This document shows positions 49,451 through 64,000 of a stretch of 64,000 nucleotides of DNA, piece after piece. The stretch is taken from assembly GCF_009914755.1 (NCBI RefSeq), contig NC_060926.1; one strand, 5' to 3'. The translations under genes were made by a program, and so were the position numbers. This DNA is from the human T2T-CHM13v2.0 reference genome, Homo sapiens. The notes under the pieces are model-generated. The model saw nothing but the letters and a program-made list of their open reading frames with translations. It ran no database searches and was not told where the DNA came from. Numbering within the stretch: the stretch's first letter is position 1; each line of letters starts with the position of its first letter.

Positions 49451-51187
49451 TATGTTAGGACACAAATAAATGCATTTATTCTTACTTCTAAAGGGAAAAC
49501 ATATGTAAGCTATATTAACCAATGCTTACAATTTACCCAACTGGCTGTTGTTTAGGGTTGCCCATACGTATTCTAAACCGGTTTGGTCATGCAAAAAAAA
49601 AATAAAATTGTTTCTTGTTGGTTTCTCGGGCATTAGAAAGTGCAAAAACCATCAACTCAATACAATATTATATACTATAATTTAATTATGAAAAAAACAA
49701 CATATAAAAATGAATGACATATAAATAAAGAAAAAAACATATAAAAAGCCTGTATACTATCAGGGCAACAATGCAAAAAATAATTGCTTGAGGTTTGAGT
49801 ACCAATAAAATACAGTGCCTCCTCCTGGGTTCCAGATTGTGGCATATACTACAGTTTAGTTCACTCAGCTCCACTCAGACCCCCTTACAGATTGTCTTAC
49901 TGTTGCTAGAAGTTGAGAAGCTAAAAACTACATTTCCTCAATTCCCTTATAGCTGGTGTTCCACACATGAACTCATTTTCTCTCTCAGTTTACATATCTC
50001 CTACTAGGCAATGGGGTGACAAAAAGGAGTAAGACACAGGCTCTGCCCTCAAGGAGCTCAGAAAATAGGAAGGAAAGCAGAGATATAGAGAAATAATTAC
50101 AAAATAATAACAACTTTTATACGAGAGGTATTAACACATATAGAGTATTACCAGAACACGAAGAGAGATCATTATATCCTCTGCCTGGAGGCACGATCAC
50201 AGAAGGCTTCGCAGAGAAGGTAATCTTTCAGTGGGAAAAAATTGAGAGTTTCCAGAGAACTGGTGAAAATGATTTCAGGAAGAAAATACAACTTAAGAGG
50301 ATGCAACTTCTGAAACACGGCAAAATAGAGGAATCTTAAGTGACTCAGCAAAGCCACAGAACGCAGCACAGAAAGAGAAATAGCAGGACATGAGGATGAA
50401 AGAAGGTAGAGGTAAGCCCAGCAAGAGACCTATAAACCACGCCAAAGAACCTCCATTGTCAACTAGAGGGAAGGGAAAGCCACTGGAAGGCTTTAAACAA
50501 AGGGAGTAACAATCAGATTTGTGTTTCAGTAACATTATTCCAGGAGCAAGAATCCAGTTTGGAGACTGCTGCCTCAGTCCCAGCTTAAAATAATTAGCGA
50601 CTGAATTGAGGTAGTGACACTGGAAACATAATGAAGTTATCACAAGGTATTTTCCAATTAAATGTATATATTACATTTAAATGTTTTTATCCTAATTCAT
50701 ATAAATGTAAAAAGGGCCCAAGATAAATCAGACAAGTAGAGAAATTCCATCCAATCAGCTAACAAAGAAAGTTCAAGATCACCAAGCTGGAACTTAGTGG
50801 AGATCTGGGAGAAAGAAAAAAAAAAAATGGAAGGAAAGTCAGTAACAGATAAACTATAATTGTTTGTGAAGCAAGGTTAGATACAGTGGAGGTAAAAAAA
50901 AAAAAAAAAAGAAGAGCCGCGCAAGTTGTTGAGGAATACAGAGGACCAGGTTCGTACAGAGAGGAAACAAAGACCTAGATACATTATTTACCAGCAGTAA
51001 AGTCCAGCATCTTATTTATAATATATAAGAAACATAATGGCTACCATTTATTAAACACCTACTATATGTCCAGGACTGAGCTAAGTGTTTCATACAAGCA
51101 TCCCTAAATTTTACAGTAACACTATAAAAGTGTTAAAAATTATAATACTACTTGACACAAAAGTAAACTGAGGAACAAATAAGTTAA

Positions 51188-51534
<347 letters not shown>

Positions 51535-51819
51535 TCTCTTCTCCTTAAGCCAATTTGGCATCAAAGTGTTCACTTGTTCTTTACAGGATTTTGACACGCT
51601 GGCAATATTACATGCACATTTATATTTGTATTTATTTAAGCTCATTTATTTTTCTGTGTTATAAAACTAATACAAATTCACTAAAGATGGTTTGCAAATT
51701 CAGAAAAAGTATGCAAAAGAAAAAGAATACTATTTATTCACAGCCCCATGATGCAAAGACAATTACAGCCAGCATATATTCTCCTTTCCTGTGTTTAATC
51801 CATGGTATCCTCTTTAAAC

Positions 51820-52940
51820 AACTTTTCATTGATGTGTAAGCCACATCAAATGACTGTATGGTTTAACATATTTTAACACGCTTATGTAACAAGCCCTTAG
51901 GCAAAGAAACATAACACCACCAGAATCCTAGAAGCTCCTCTTGAGCTCACTTGCAGTCACTAACCCTGCCAAAACAAACACTATCCTGACTTGCAGCAGC
52001 ATAAATTAATTTTGTCTATTTTTATACTTTATATGAATGAAATCATGTACTCTTTTGTTCTGATTTCTTTCACTCAACAAACATTCATTCAGATTTTAAG
52101 AGTAGTTAAAGACTGTTCAACTCCACGCCTGTAATCCCCGCACTTCGGGAGGTCAAAGTGGGAGGACGGCTTGAGGCCAGAAGATTGAGACCAGCCTGGG
52201 CAATGCAATGGGACCTCATCTCTCTTAAAAAAAAAAAAAAAAAAAAAAATTGTTCAAGTCATTACTATGTCATATCATGTTGTAATAAACATGCCAGAAC
52301 TTATTTATATTTTCTTCTATTAATGTGCATTTGGGTAGTCCCCAGATTGAAGATAATACCAATAGTGCTGCCCTGACATGCTGGTAATTATATTTTGGGT
52401 ATATACTTAGCAGTGGAATTGCTAAGGCATAGAATATACATATGTCCAGATTTAGTAAATAGTGCCAAATATTTTCTAAAGTGGTTATTACACTAGCCAG
52501 CAATTGTAAGAGTTCTGGTTGCTCCACATCCACGCCAACAAATGGTATTTCATGTCTTTTTCATTTGAGCAATTCTGGTAATTATGTAATGGTATCTCTT
52601 TGTGGTTTTAACGTGCACCTCGCCAGGACTAATGAAGTTGGACACCTTTCTGCATATTTTGGGCCATTTGAACACGTTCTTTTGTCAAGTGTCTGTTTGA
52701 GTCTTTTGCCATTCTTCTAATGGTTATCCATCTGTTTTATTCACTTATACAAGCTCTTTATATATTCTGGATACACATCCCTTATTAGATACATGAATTG
52801 TGAATACTTGCTATTACTCTGTATATTACATTTTCATTCTCTTAATGATGTCTTGTGATTAACAGATGTTCTTAATTTTAAATTAGTCCAATTCGTCAGT
52901 TTTTAACTATGATTAGTACTTTTTGTATCATATTTAAGAG
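51820..52940 (-). mobile_element. Old L1M fragment containing a + strand Alu monomer (52121-52249)
   Basis: Reverse L1 3'-region motifs (tgggtatatacttagcagtggaattgct, gttgctccacatcc). Confidence 0.65.
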
Positions 52941-52945
52941 ATCTC

Positions 52946-53158
52946 CAGCCTGGCAACAAAGCAAGACTCCCATCTCCACAAAATAAAAAATAAAAAATTA
53001 CGCAGGCATTGTGGCACGTGCCTCTAGTCCTAGCTATATGGGAGGCTGAGGTAGTAGAATTGCTTGAGCCCTGGAGGTTAAGGCTACTGTGAGCTGTGAT
53101 CATGCCACTGCCTTCCAGTCTGGATGACAGGGATCCTCATTTCAAAAAAAAAAAAAAA
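52946..53158 (+). mobile_element. 5'-truncated AluJ
   Basis: ccagcctggcaacaaagcaagac... right arm plus A-tail. Confidence 0.85.
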
Positions 53159-53502
53159 GAAATCTTTGCCTGTTCCAAGATCAAAAAGATGTTCTAAGTT
53201 TTCCTTGACATGTAATATTTTTGCTGTAAGTAAAATCTTAAGACAGTATCACACTTCTACCCACTCAAATATTACATGCATACTATTAATGCACTTACCA
53301 TAATATATTGATATTTACTTTTTTGTTGTTCTTTCCAACTAGACAGTGAGCTATTCAAGATCAGAGACACTATTTATTCATTGCTATAGCCTCAGAGTAT
53401 GTGAAAAATCTCTATTGCTTGGATCTATATATAGGTGTAAGAAGTCTGCTTTTACTGTGCTGATTAAATGTTTGAAGATATATTTTCACAGGTCTCATTT
53501 GT

Positions 53503-53809
<307 letters not shown>

Positions 53810-54043
53810 TCAGAGTGGGTAAATGTTATTTAAAAAAGATTTCATGTCACATTTTCAATTCCTGTTCATCTGTAGAATCTTCTAAATTGAGAGGATGTAT
53901 TGAATGATTTGAAAGTCATCAACTAATCCAAGTATAGAACTGAAAATATAAATATGGTAAGAATTATGGCACTTAAGCAGACTACAACTACATTTAGAGG
54001 TAAATGAAACCAATTGAAAAATATCAATAAAAAATGCAGGCTA

Positions 54044-54542
54044 AGCCAGCACAGTGGCTCATACCTGTAATCCTACTAGTTTGGGAGCCTGAGGCAGGAG
54101 GATCACTTCAGGCCAGGAGTTCGAGACTGGCCTGGGCAATATGGCAAGATCTCATCTCTACAAACAATTAAAAAATCCATTTAATTGTTTAAATCTTATA
54201 TTTAATATTTTAAAAATTAAGTAATTTTTTTTGTGGTGGCATGTGCCTATAGTCTTAGCTACTCCAGAGGCTGATGAGGGAGGACCACTTAAGCACAGGA
54301 GCTTGAAGCTGCAGTTAGCTATAATCGTGCACTCCAGCCTGGAGGACTCAGGGGGAAAGGGTGGGAAGGAGGTGAGGGATAAAAGACCACAAATTGGGTT
54401 CAGTATATGCTGCTCGGGAGATGAGTGCACCAAAATCTCACAAATCACCACTAAAGAACTTACTCATGTAACCAAATACCACCTGTTCCCCAAAAACCTA
54501 TGGAAATAAAAAGTTAAAAAATAAAAATAAAAAAAAGAAAAG
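54044..54542 (+). mobile_element. AluJ body fused to an L1PB-like 3' end
   Basis: Alu runs to ...gcactccagcctgg (~54342), then gactcagggggaaagggtggg...gtaaccaaataccacctgttcccc...A-tail; shared TSD aaaaatgcaggc / aaaaatgtaggc. Confidence 0.8.
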
Positions 54543-55715
54543 AAAAATGTAGGCCACAAAACAATGATTCTATTTCATAAAATGGACCTAAACTGTGCTT
54601 CTGTCCAAATGGATGGGCTAGCTCAAGATAGGAGACTTAAAATGTATGAAACCTAAAAGTTTGTTTCAGAAGATAAATGAAATTCACATGCTCAGAAATG
54701 AATGTGATAAAAGGATTTTCTGTAAGAGCTTCTCCTAATGAGAATCATGAAAGAGAAAGTAAAATGAAAGGCTCATTTGGACCACAGAAGCAACATTTAA
54801 TTTGGGGGGCAGTCTACCAAGATCATAGTTTAACCAGAAACATTAATGAAGAAAATAGATTTCTTTTAACTTCATATAATGGAGAAAGAAAAAAGAGGTT
54901 AGGCAAAACTTACCCCCGAAATGATTACTACTGCCACTTTTTATATTCATAGTGGCACACTGCTAATTAATTTAGAGTGTATAACAGCAGAAATAGATTA
55001 AACCTCAAAACCACGTCATTGGTTCCCAGCATAAAATTTAACATGAAATCTCATTAATGTAAAGTGTGTTACACAGCTCAAAGGTTAGCTTATTAAGCAC
55101 TAATAATATTTTTCAAATCCTGTAACAACAGACACCATCACCAAACAAGTTCACAAGAACATGGATAGTGCCATGTGTCAAGTGTGACTCACAGGAAGAA
55201 TTATTGTTGGTCAACGACTATGACAAATTATCTACCTGGGAGTAACTTTCTCCCATGTCTGGCAATAAGGGTTAATTTCTGAGAAATCTACTGGCCTACT
55301 GTAAACTGAGCTGTTGGCACATATAAACTAGGCAAGGATTACAAATAGTTTAGGTTGAGCTCAACAGCTACCACTCTCCTCCAACATAGCCTTAAATAAC
55401 CCAAAGTACTTCCCTCCACCTAACCCTTACTTATAGCAAATTTCATCTGAACTCAAAATACTAAGCATGCAATCCTTATTACTGGTTATACTACTTTTAG
55501 AAATACCTGTCAGAACAAGCAATAGAAAAATACTCTATGGAGTAAATCACTCTAAAGTCTGACTCTGCTTCATCTCATCTGCCAATTAGCAGGCAAGGCT
55601 ACAGCTTAGCTGCTCTCATGTTTAGGGACCATGGACTCCTGTACATGTCTCATGGAAGCTGAGCCCTTTCCCCAGAAAATTTAACAAACATGCATGTGCA
55701 CTCACATGAATACAA

Positions 55716-55718
55716 ACA

Positions 55719-55774
<56 letters not shown>
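55716..55774. repeat. (CA)n microsatellite, about 24 uninterrupted units
   Basis: Direct read. Confidence 0.95.
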
Positions 55775-55775
<1 letters not shown>

Positions 55776-55790
55776 CAAATTAGGTATACT

Positions 55791-56085
55791 GGCCAGGTGC
55801 AGTGGCTCACGCCTGTAATCCCAACACTTTGGGAGGCTGAAGCAGGAGGGTCACTTGAGGCCAGGAGTTCGAGACCAGCCTGGGTAAAATATTGAGACCC
55901 CGTATCTAAAATAAATAAAATAAAAATTACCCAGGGATAGTGGCATGCGCCTGTAGTCCTAGCTACTTGGGGGGCTGAGGCAGAAGGATCACTTAAGCCC
56001 CGGAGTTCAATGATGCAGTGAGTTGTAACTGCACCACACTGCACTCCAGCATTGGTGACACAGCCAAACCCTGTCTCTAAAAAAT
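55791..56085 (+). mobile_element. Alu (AluJ-like)
   Basis: Full Alu consensus. Confidence 0.93.
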
Positions 56086-56549
56086 TTTTTAAAAATCAAT
56101 ATTAAGCATACTATTTCAGGGGATTTAGAGGCCAAACCCTTCTTGGATGTCCTAGAATTCTTAGATCCAGATTATGAAACCTACATTCTGGAAAAAATAG
56201 AGGTGTATAAGGTATATTTTTTTTTCCATGCCCAATTTTTAAAATTACTTTTGATAAATGACTTTGGGTTCTAGATGAACCCACAAAGTAAGTTTACTGA
56301 ACACATAATTAGGCATGCCTACTATGTTTAAGACCCAGCGCTAGGCAACAGGATTACTATGACAATTAAGGTATGACCCCTATTCCTAAGAAACTCATGG
56401 TACAGTAGGGAAGAAGGGAAAATAAGGCAATTTGCCTTATTTCACCAATGAACTGAGAAATTATCAAATAGGGTCCCATTCAACTATTCCTCCCCATTTC
56501 ACAGCAGAACTTACCCCACTCATCACATCCATATCTTACTTTCCTCATT

Positions 56550-58050
56550 TACTCATTCATTCTTCCACAAATATTTATGACACCAACTTGTGACAGGCAT
56601 TGTTGTAAATTCCGGAAATACAAAACTGACCAAAATATGAATAGTCTCTGCTACAAAGAACTTACAATCCAGTAAAAGACAAGCAAAAATAAATACAAAG
56701 CATGTCAGAAAAGCATGTCAGAAAAGCATATCAGATAAGTTTTATACATATTGATATGGGCTAGAAAGAAAAATAAAGCGGTGTGGCTGGGTGAGAACAC
56801 CATAATAACACAGAGAAAGAGCAGGGAAGATCTCCATGAAGTGACATTTGAGCAGACACCTGATGGAAGTGAGAGGATAAGTCATATGGATACAGATATT
56901 TGGGAAGAACATTCCAGGTAAAATACAGCAAGTAGAAGGATCCAGAGGCAACAGCTTGCTGGGAATGCTTAAAGAATGGCAAAAAGGAAAAAAAAAAAAG
57001 CCAATATGACTAGAGTCAGCTAAGCAAAATGAATGTGTATATTGGGGGCAGGGAAGAGGTGGAAGGAAAATAAAGTCCAACATTAAAGCTTAACAGTGGA
57101 GAAAAGAGACCATGGGTGTCCTTGTAGATGACTATAAAGCCTTAGTTTCTACTCTGAGTGAAAGGTTTTGAGAAATGTGTCATGATCTGATGTATTCTGA
57201 AAGAATCACTCTGGCTATATTGTTGACCATTGACTATAGCAAAAGCAGAAGCACGGAGACAAACAGGACACTACTTTATGACTCTAGGGGAGATATGATG
57301 ATAATCTGACCTGGGTGGTAGCAGTGGTGATAGTAAAATGGAGCCCAATTCTGAGTCCACTGTGAAAGGTGGGTCAGCAGGATGTCCCAAAGAGGAGGAG
57401 AAGAATCAAGGATGACAGCAAAAGATTTATGGTACGAACACCTACAAAGAGTTCTATTTCGTGACATGGGAAAAACTGCAGAAAGAAGGTCATTGTTTGG
57501 CAAGATGTGGTAGGTGGGGAGAGGAAGAGGGCTGAAATCAGTAGTTCAATTTTAACATATTGAGATTGGGTTGTCTATAAGAAATTAACTATAGATGTTA
57601 GGTTGGCAGCTGTACATTCAAGTCCGGAACTCAGAAGAGAGGTCAGGGCTAGAGCTATTAAGCAGGGAATCATCAGCACAAAGTCGATTATTTCAAGTCA
57701 GGATAATGTATGAATGCATCTAAGGAATGAGTGTAGACAGAGATGATGTTTAAAGACTATGACCTAGGGTATCTAACATTTAGCTGGGGAGATGAGGACA
57801 AACCAGCAAAGACAGTGAGATGCAGTGGCCAGTGAGGTCTGAGAAAAACAAGACGACCGAGATGTCCCTGAAACAAGTATGTCAAATGTTACTTATAGGT
57901 CAAATAAAACAAAGACTGAGATTTGACCCACGAACTTCGCAACAAGAGGTCACTGGTGGTGACCGAGGCACAAGCTGTTCTGGTAAAATGGTGACGAAAG
58001 AAGGCCCCATGGAGAGTAGATGAAAGATAATGAGAGAAAACAAAAAGATG
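56550..58050 (-). mobile_element. LINE-2 fragment
   Basis: Begins cattcattc...aaatatttat; typical reverse L2 motifs (gtgacatttgagcagacacctga, aagaatcactctggct). Confidence 0.65.
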
Positions 58051-58166
58051 TTACCAATACTAAGTATAAACTAAAGAAATGTAGGGAACATCTATCAGAG
58101 TGGTACATTTTAGACCCTACAGGGCTAAATAATATTATGGTATTTCCTTAAAAGTAAAAGGAGACT

Positions 58167-58492
58167 GGCCAGGCACAGTGGCTCACACCTGTAATTCCAG
58201 TGCTTTAGGAGGCCGAAGTGGGCAGATCACTTGAGGCCAAGAGTTCAAGACTAATCTGGCCAACATGGCAAAACCCTGTCTCTATTAAAAATATAAAAAT
58301 TAACCGGGTATGGTGGCACACACCTTTAATCCCAGCTACTAAGAGAGCTGATGCTTGAGAATTGCTTGAACCCAGGAGGCGGAGGTTGCAGTAAGCCAAG
58401 ATAGTGCCAATGAACTCCTGCCTGGGCAACAGAGCGAGACACTATCTCTAATAAATAAATAAATGAATAAATAAATAAATAAATAAATAAAT
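58167..58492 (+). mobile_element. Alu (AluS/Jb-like) with (AAAT)n tail
   Basis: Full Alu; TSD-like aaagtaaaaggagact / aaagtaaaagaaaact. Confidence 0.93.
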
Positions 58493-60779
58493 AAAGTAAA
58501 AGAAAACTGTTAACACCCATAGATTACACTGTAACTAAGATAGAAAACTTGAATGTCTTATTTTTTGGAAAATGTCTTTTGCAAATGAATTTAAATAGCA
58601 ATTAATAACTCAATAACAATAGATAAAAAACAAAAATGTATTGCTTATTACAAACACAGTTATTTTAAAATATAAAAAATATATCAGAAATGCACGGGCC
58701 TTATGAAGAAACAGCGGGATAGAAGAAAGAATAAAATTCTAACAGTGGTGCTAAAAGAGGAAGCGACTAGTATAAACCTTTGTGAAGAATGGAAATCTAT
58801 GATGTAGATTTGCCAATCTAATCAATATCATGATTCACACTCCTGCATATCAAGCTATCAAATAAGTAAAGATATTATCCCAGAAGCATGACAATGAGCA
58901 AAGTATTTCCTTCTTTGGTCAGACCTATATGCTCACTAAAATGCAGAAATGGATGTTCTGAATTGTGTTGGCACTGTGTTACCATCCAGATCACTGATGT
59001 CATGATCACTGTAAACTGAATCTTCCACAGAGAACACTTATCAGGCAATACTGTCCAAAAAACAACTGAACAAAAATTAATGAGGACATACCATGCTTCC
59101 AGTGATGTGCTGGTATCAACAGTAAACAAAACAAAGTGAGCATTTACACAAAGTTATAAAAATAAACCACAAGAAAATAGGAAATTACCTATCCCAGGAG
59201 CCCATTTCTACCATTTTATTGCAGAGCAACACTAGCATGAATATACAAAGATGTGTACGTAGAATGCACAGTGCAGTTTAGTCTAAAATAGAGAAAAGTT
59301 GGACACAATCTAAATGTACAAAAGCAAAGGAAACAATACATAAATCACACAATAAATAAATAAAATAAATAAATCAAAAAAATAAATAAATCAAACAATA
59401 AATCATGGTACATGCATCCAATGAATACCATGATGCCATTATGTAAATGGTCTATATGGAATCACAAGGGCAGATTCAATGACACATACCAGTATTACAT
59501 GAAACAGTAAGCTGCAAAATAATATATGCAGTATGAATTCATTTTAGTTTACAAAACAAAATAATAAACCTCCAGGAGACAGAGGAGAAGCTATACAGAA
59601 AATCTGTCTGTACTTAGGAATATGGAAGGAAACATATGAAGTTAGAAATGTTTATATCTAAGCAGTGGGATTCATGGGGCTCAGAAAGATCAGAGAATAG
59701 AAAGATCAGAGGGAGGAAAAAGAGAGAACTTTGTCTTTCACATATATTAATGTATTGTTTATTAAATTATTTTTATATTTTAAAAAAGCAGAAAGTATAA
59801 AGTTATACATATATCCATGTATCTATTTTATCATAGATGTTTCACATCTAATTTCTTTTACTTTCAAGAAATATAGTGTGCCGGATAATGTCAATATCCC
59901 TTATTTCCCTATAAATGAATTATTAAAATTAAAGCTTGCATTATTTCTGTAACTAAAGAAAACATTATAAACTCCAGTCAACATGGGATGGTAAACTCCT
60001 GTTTGAGTACACTAACTGTGCTCTAAATACTGAGCACAGAAAAAAAAAAAATCAAAGGACACCCAAGTTCAATAGAGTTCAACATTTTGGGGCTCAGAAT
60101 TCAGATATCAAGAGTGGCTATCAGGTTCTCCTTTCCAGAGAAGAACCATGAATCAAAAGCATACCCTGCAAAGAAAAAACTTCATCCAGATTTACTGTCC
60201 AGGCTATGCATTTACACAAGATGTGGGCCTAAGGAGGAAGAGCACATGAACAAGGCTGAAAGGAACTAGGACAATCCCTTCACTGGCTCCATGTATGCAT
60301 TCTCATATTCTCAACCTTACAAAGGGGAAACAACGTCATATGAAAAACTATCAGTGGACATATTCTGGAGTGAAGTGCCACAGGACTGAGCAGAGAGAAA
60401 CCACAATACTACAGAATCATTAGATGAGGAAGGTGGGACAGAATGATGTTTCATCACTCAAAATTAGCTTGCAAACCAAAATTCCAGAGCACATGGGGAA
60501 AAATTAATAAAGCAATAATTGTAACAAAAATTCAGCCCAAATAAAATTATTTCATTTAAAACTTCAAAATAATTCATTTGCCATCTTTGTGTGTACTAAA
60601 TGTGAAATTTAAAATCTACTAAGAAAGAATAAGTATCATAAGATAAAGAAAACAAAACAAACATTATTCTATTAATTTTTATTGTGATATGAGGTAAAGT
60701 TCTAATTTCACCTTTTTACAGATGGATATACCTCAAGTCTATACTTATTTCAAAAAAGGGACAACTTATTCTTACTTAA

Positions 60780-61300
60780 ATAAGTAAATAAATAAATGTA
60801 AGCACTAAAAACTATAAAACTTTCAGAAAAAAAGCACAGGAGTAAATTTTTGCAATCTTGGGTTAGGCACAGATTTCTTAGATATAACAACAAAAGTATA
60901 ATACATAAAAGAAAATATTAATAAACAAAACTTCAGGAACATTAAACATTTTTTGTACCTCAAAAGCCAGCATTAAGAAAACAAAAAGTCAAATATACAC
61001 TGAGAGAAAAAATACTTTAAAATCATAAATCTGAAAAAAAAAAAAAACACTTGACTGCAAGATGTTAAAAAACAAAACAAAATAAAAAACCTCTTACAGC
61101 TCAATAAGACAAATAACCAAGTTAAAACATGGGTAAAATATTTGAATACCATTACATTAAGAAAGTATAAGAATAGCCAGCCAATAAGCACATGAAAAAA
61201 AAAGAGTTCATCATCATTAGTTACTTGGGATATAAATATCAAACAAATATCATAATGAGATAGCACATATATAGGAATGGCTTTAATAAAAAAAATTCTA
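60780..61300 (+). mobile_element. Old L1M ORF2 3' fragment
   Basis: actataaaactttcagaaaaaa...cttgggttaggcacagatttcttaga...ccaataagcacatgaaaa. Confidence 0.6.
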
Positions 61301-61314
61301 TCAAAAAGCCAGTT

Positions 61315-64000
61315 AAAAATAGACTGCTAGCTGAAAGAATAAGAAAAAGAGAGAAGAATCAAATAGACACAATAAAAAATGATAAAGGGGATATCACCAC
61401 TAACCCCACAGAAATACAAACTACTATCAGAGAATACTATAAACACCTCTCACAAATAAACAAGAAAATCTAGAAGAAATGGATAATTTCCTGGACACAT
61501 ACATACATAATCCCAAAACTAAACCAAGAAAAAGGTGAATCCCGGAAATAGACCAATAATGAGTTCTGAAATTGAGGCAGTAATTAATAGGCTACCAACC
61601 AAAAAAAGCCCAGGACCAGATGGATTCACAGCCAAATTCTACCACAGGCACAAAGAGGAGCTGGGACCATTACGTCTGAAACTATTCCAAACAACTGAAA
61701 AGGAGGGACTCCTCCCTAACTCATTTTATGAAGCCAGCAGCATCCTGATACTAAAACTGTGCAGAGACACAACAAACAAAGAAAACTTCAGGCCAATATC
61801 GCTGATGAACATCAACGCGAAAATCCTCAATAAAACACTGGCAAACCGAATCCAGTACCACATCAAAAAACTTACCCACCACGATCAAGTTGGCTTCATC
61901 CCTGGGATGCAAGGCTGGTTCAAAATACAAAATCAATAAATGTAATCCATCACATAAACAGAACCAATGACAAAAACCACATGATTATCTCAACAGATGC
62001 AGAAAAGGCCTTTGATAAAATTCAACATCCCTTCATGTTAAAAATTTTCAATAAATTATTAATGGAACATATCTCAAAATCATAAGAGCTATTAATGACA
62101 AACCCAAAGCCAATATCACATTAAATGGGCAAAAACTGGAAGCATTCTCTTTGAAAACTGGTACAAGACAAGGATGCCCTCTCTCACCGCTCCTATTCAA
62201 CATAGTACTGGCAGTTCTGACCAGGGCAACCAGGCAAGAGAAAGAAATAAAGGGTATTCAAATAGGAAGACAGGAAGTCAAATTGTCTCTGTTTGCAGAC
62301 GACCTGATTTTGTATTTAGAAAACCCCATTATCTCAGCCCCAAAACTCCTTAAGCTGATAAGCAACTTCAGCGAAGACTCAGGATACAAAATCAATATGT
62401 AAAAACCACAAGCATTCCTTTATGCCTACAACAGATAGAGAGCCAAATCATGAATAAACTTCCATTCATAATTGCTACAAAGAGAATAAAATACCTAGGA
62501 TACAGTTAACAAGGGATGTGAAGGACCTCTCAAGGAGAACTACAAACCACTGCTCAAGGAAATAAGAGAGGACACAAACAAATGGAAAACTATTTCCATG
62601 CTCATGGATAGGAAGAATCAATGTATCGTGAAAGTGGCCATAGTGCCCAAAGTAATTTATAGATTTAATGCTATTCCCATCAAACTACCACTGACATTCT
62701 TCACAGAATTAGAAAAAACTACTTTAAATTTCATATGGAATCAAAGGAGACCCCATCTAGCCAACACAATCCTAAGCAAAAAGAATCAAGCTAGAGGCAT
62801 CATGCTACCTGACTTCAAACTATACTACAAGGCTACAGTGACCAAAACAGCATGGTCCTGGTACCAAAACAGACATATAGACCAAAGGAACAGAACAGAG
62901 ACCTCACAAATACCACCATGCATCTACAACCATCTGATCTTTGACAAACCTGACAGAAAGAAGAAATGGGGAAAGGATTTCCTATTCAATAAATGGTGGC
63001 GGGAGAACTGGCTAGCCATATGAGGAAAACTGAAACTGAACCCCTTCCTTACACTTTATACAAAAAATTAAGTCAAGATGGATTAAAGACTTAAATGTAA
63101 AACCCAAAACCATAAAAACCCTAGAAGAAAACCTAGGCAATACCATTCAGGACATCGGCAAGGGCAAAGACTTCATGACAAAAACGCCAAAGCAATTGCA
63201 ACAAAAGCCAAAATTGACAAATTGGATCTAATTAAACTAAAGAGCTTCTGCACAGCAAAAGAAACTAGCATTAGAGTGAACAGGCAACCTACAGAATGGG
63301 AGAAAATTTTTGTAATCTACCCATCTGACAAAGATCCAATATCCAGAATTTACAAGAAACTTAAACAAATTTACAACAAAAAAAACAACCCCATCAAAAA
63401 GTGGGCAAAGGGTATGAACAAACACTTCTCAAAAGACATTTACACCTCCAAGAAACACATGAAAAAAAGCTTAACATCACTGGTCATTAGAGAAATGCAA
63501 ATCAAAACCATAATGAGATACCATCTCACGCCAGTTAGAATAGCGATTATTTTAAAAGTCAAGAAACAATAGATGCTGGCAAGGCTGTGAAGAAATAGGA
63601 ATGCTTTTACACTGTTGGTGGGAATGTAAATTAGTTCGATGATTGTGGAAGACAGTATGGCAATTTCTCAAGGATCTAGAACCAGAAATGCCATTTGACC
63701 TAGTAATCTCATTACTCAGTATATACTCAAAGGAATGTAAATCATTCTTCTATAAGGACACATACACACATATGCTTATTGCAGCACTATTTACAAAAGC
63801 AAAGCCATGGAACCAACCCAATGTCCATCAAGGACAGACTGGATAAAGAAAATGTGGTACATATATACCATGGAATACTATGCAGCCATAAAAAGGTATG
63901 CAATCATGACCTTTGCAGGGACATAGATGAAGCTAGAAGCCATTATCCTCAGCAAACTAACACATGAACAGAAAACAAAACACCACATGTTCTCACTCAT
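61315..64000 (+). mobile_element. 5'-truncated L1PA (older than the 33-39 kb copy), decayed ORF2, continues beyond the window
   Basis: ORF2 fragments ([28 protein letters not shown]) broken by frameshifts and stops. Confidence 0.95.

Overview
Human/great-ape genomic DNA from inside the NBAS gene (2p24.3; gene identity recognised from the peptides, not searched). Seven minus-strand coding exons can be spliced by hand: 47818-47651, 45365-45252, 44923-44803, 26301-26225, 25407-25270, 9820-9591 and 4237-4127. All have AG/GT ends and matching phases, giving one open 959-nt frame; from memory these are exons 36-42. The rest is intron dominated by transposable elements: a full-length decayed L1PA with TSD, a 5'-truncated L1PA running off the right end, a small inverted young L1, an internally deleted THE1/MST provirus, solo THE1/MSTA/MLT2A/MLT1 LTRs, Tigger1, MER20, MER46C, about 18 Alus, and L2/MIR. 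Nearly all ORFs in the supplied track are repeat-derived. I found no convincing new biological system. The most notable unexplained structures are: (1) a TSD-flanked, polyadenylated non-TE retrocopy in NBAS-sense orientation inside one copy of an old ~360-bp local duplication; (2) an ORF0-like uORF ending at a strong NBAS-sense splice donor in the L1 antisense promoter; (3) a 36-bp minisatellite expanded inside MER20; (4) a twin-primed L1 missing ~1.8 kb at its junction; (5) an Alu/L1PB chimera under one TSD.
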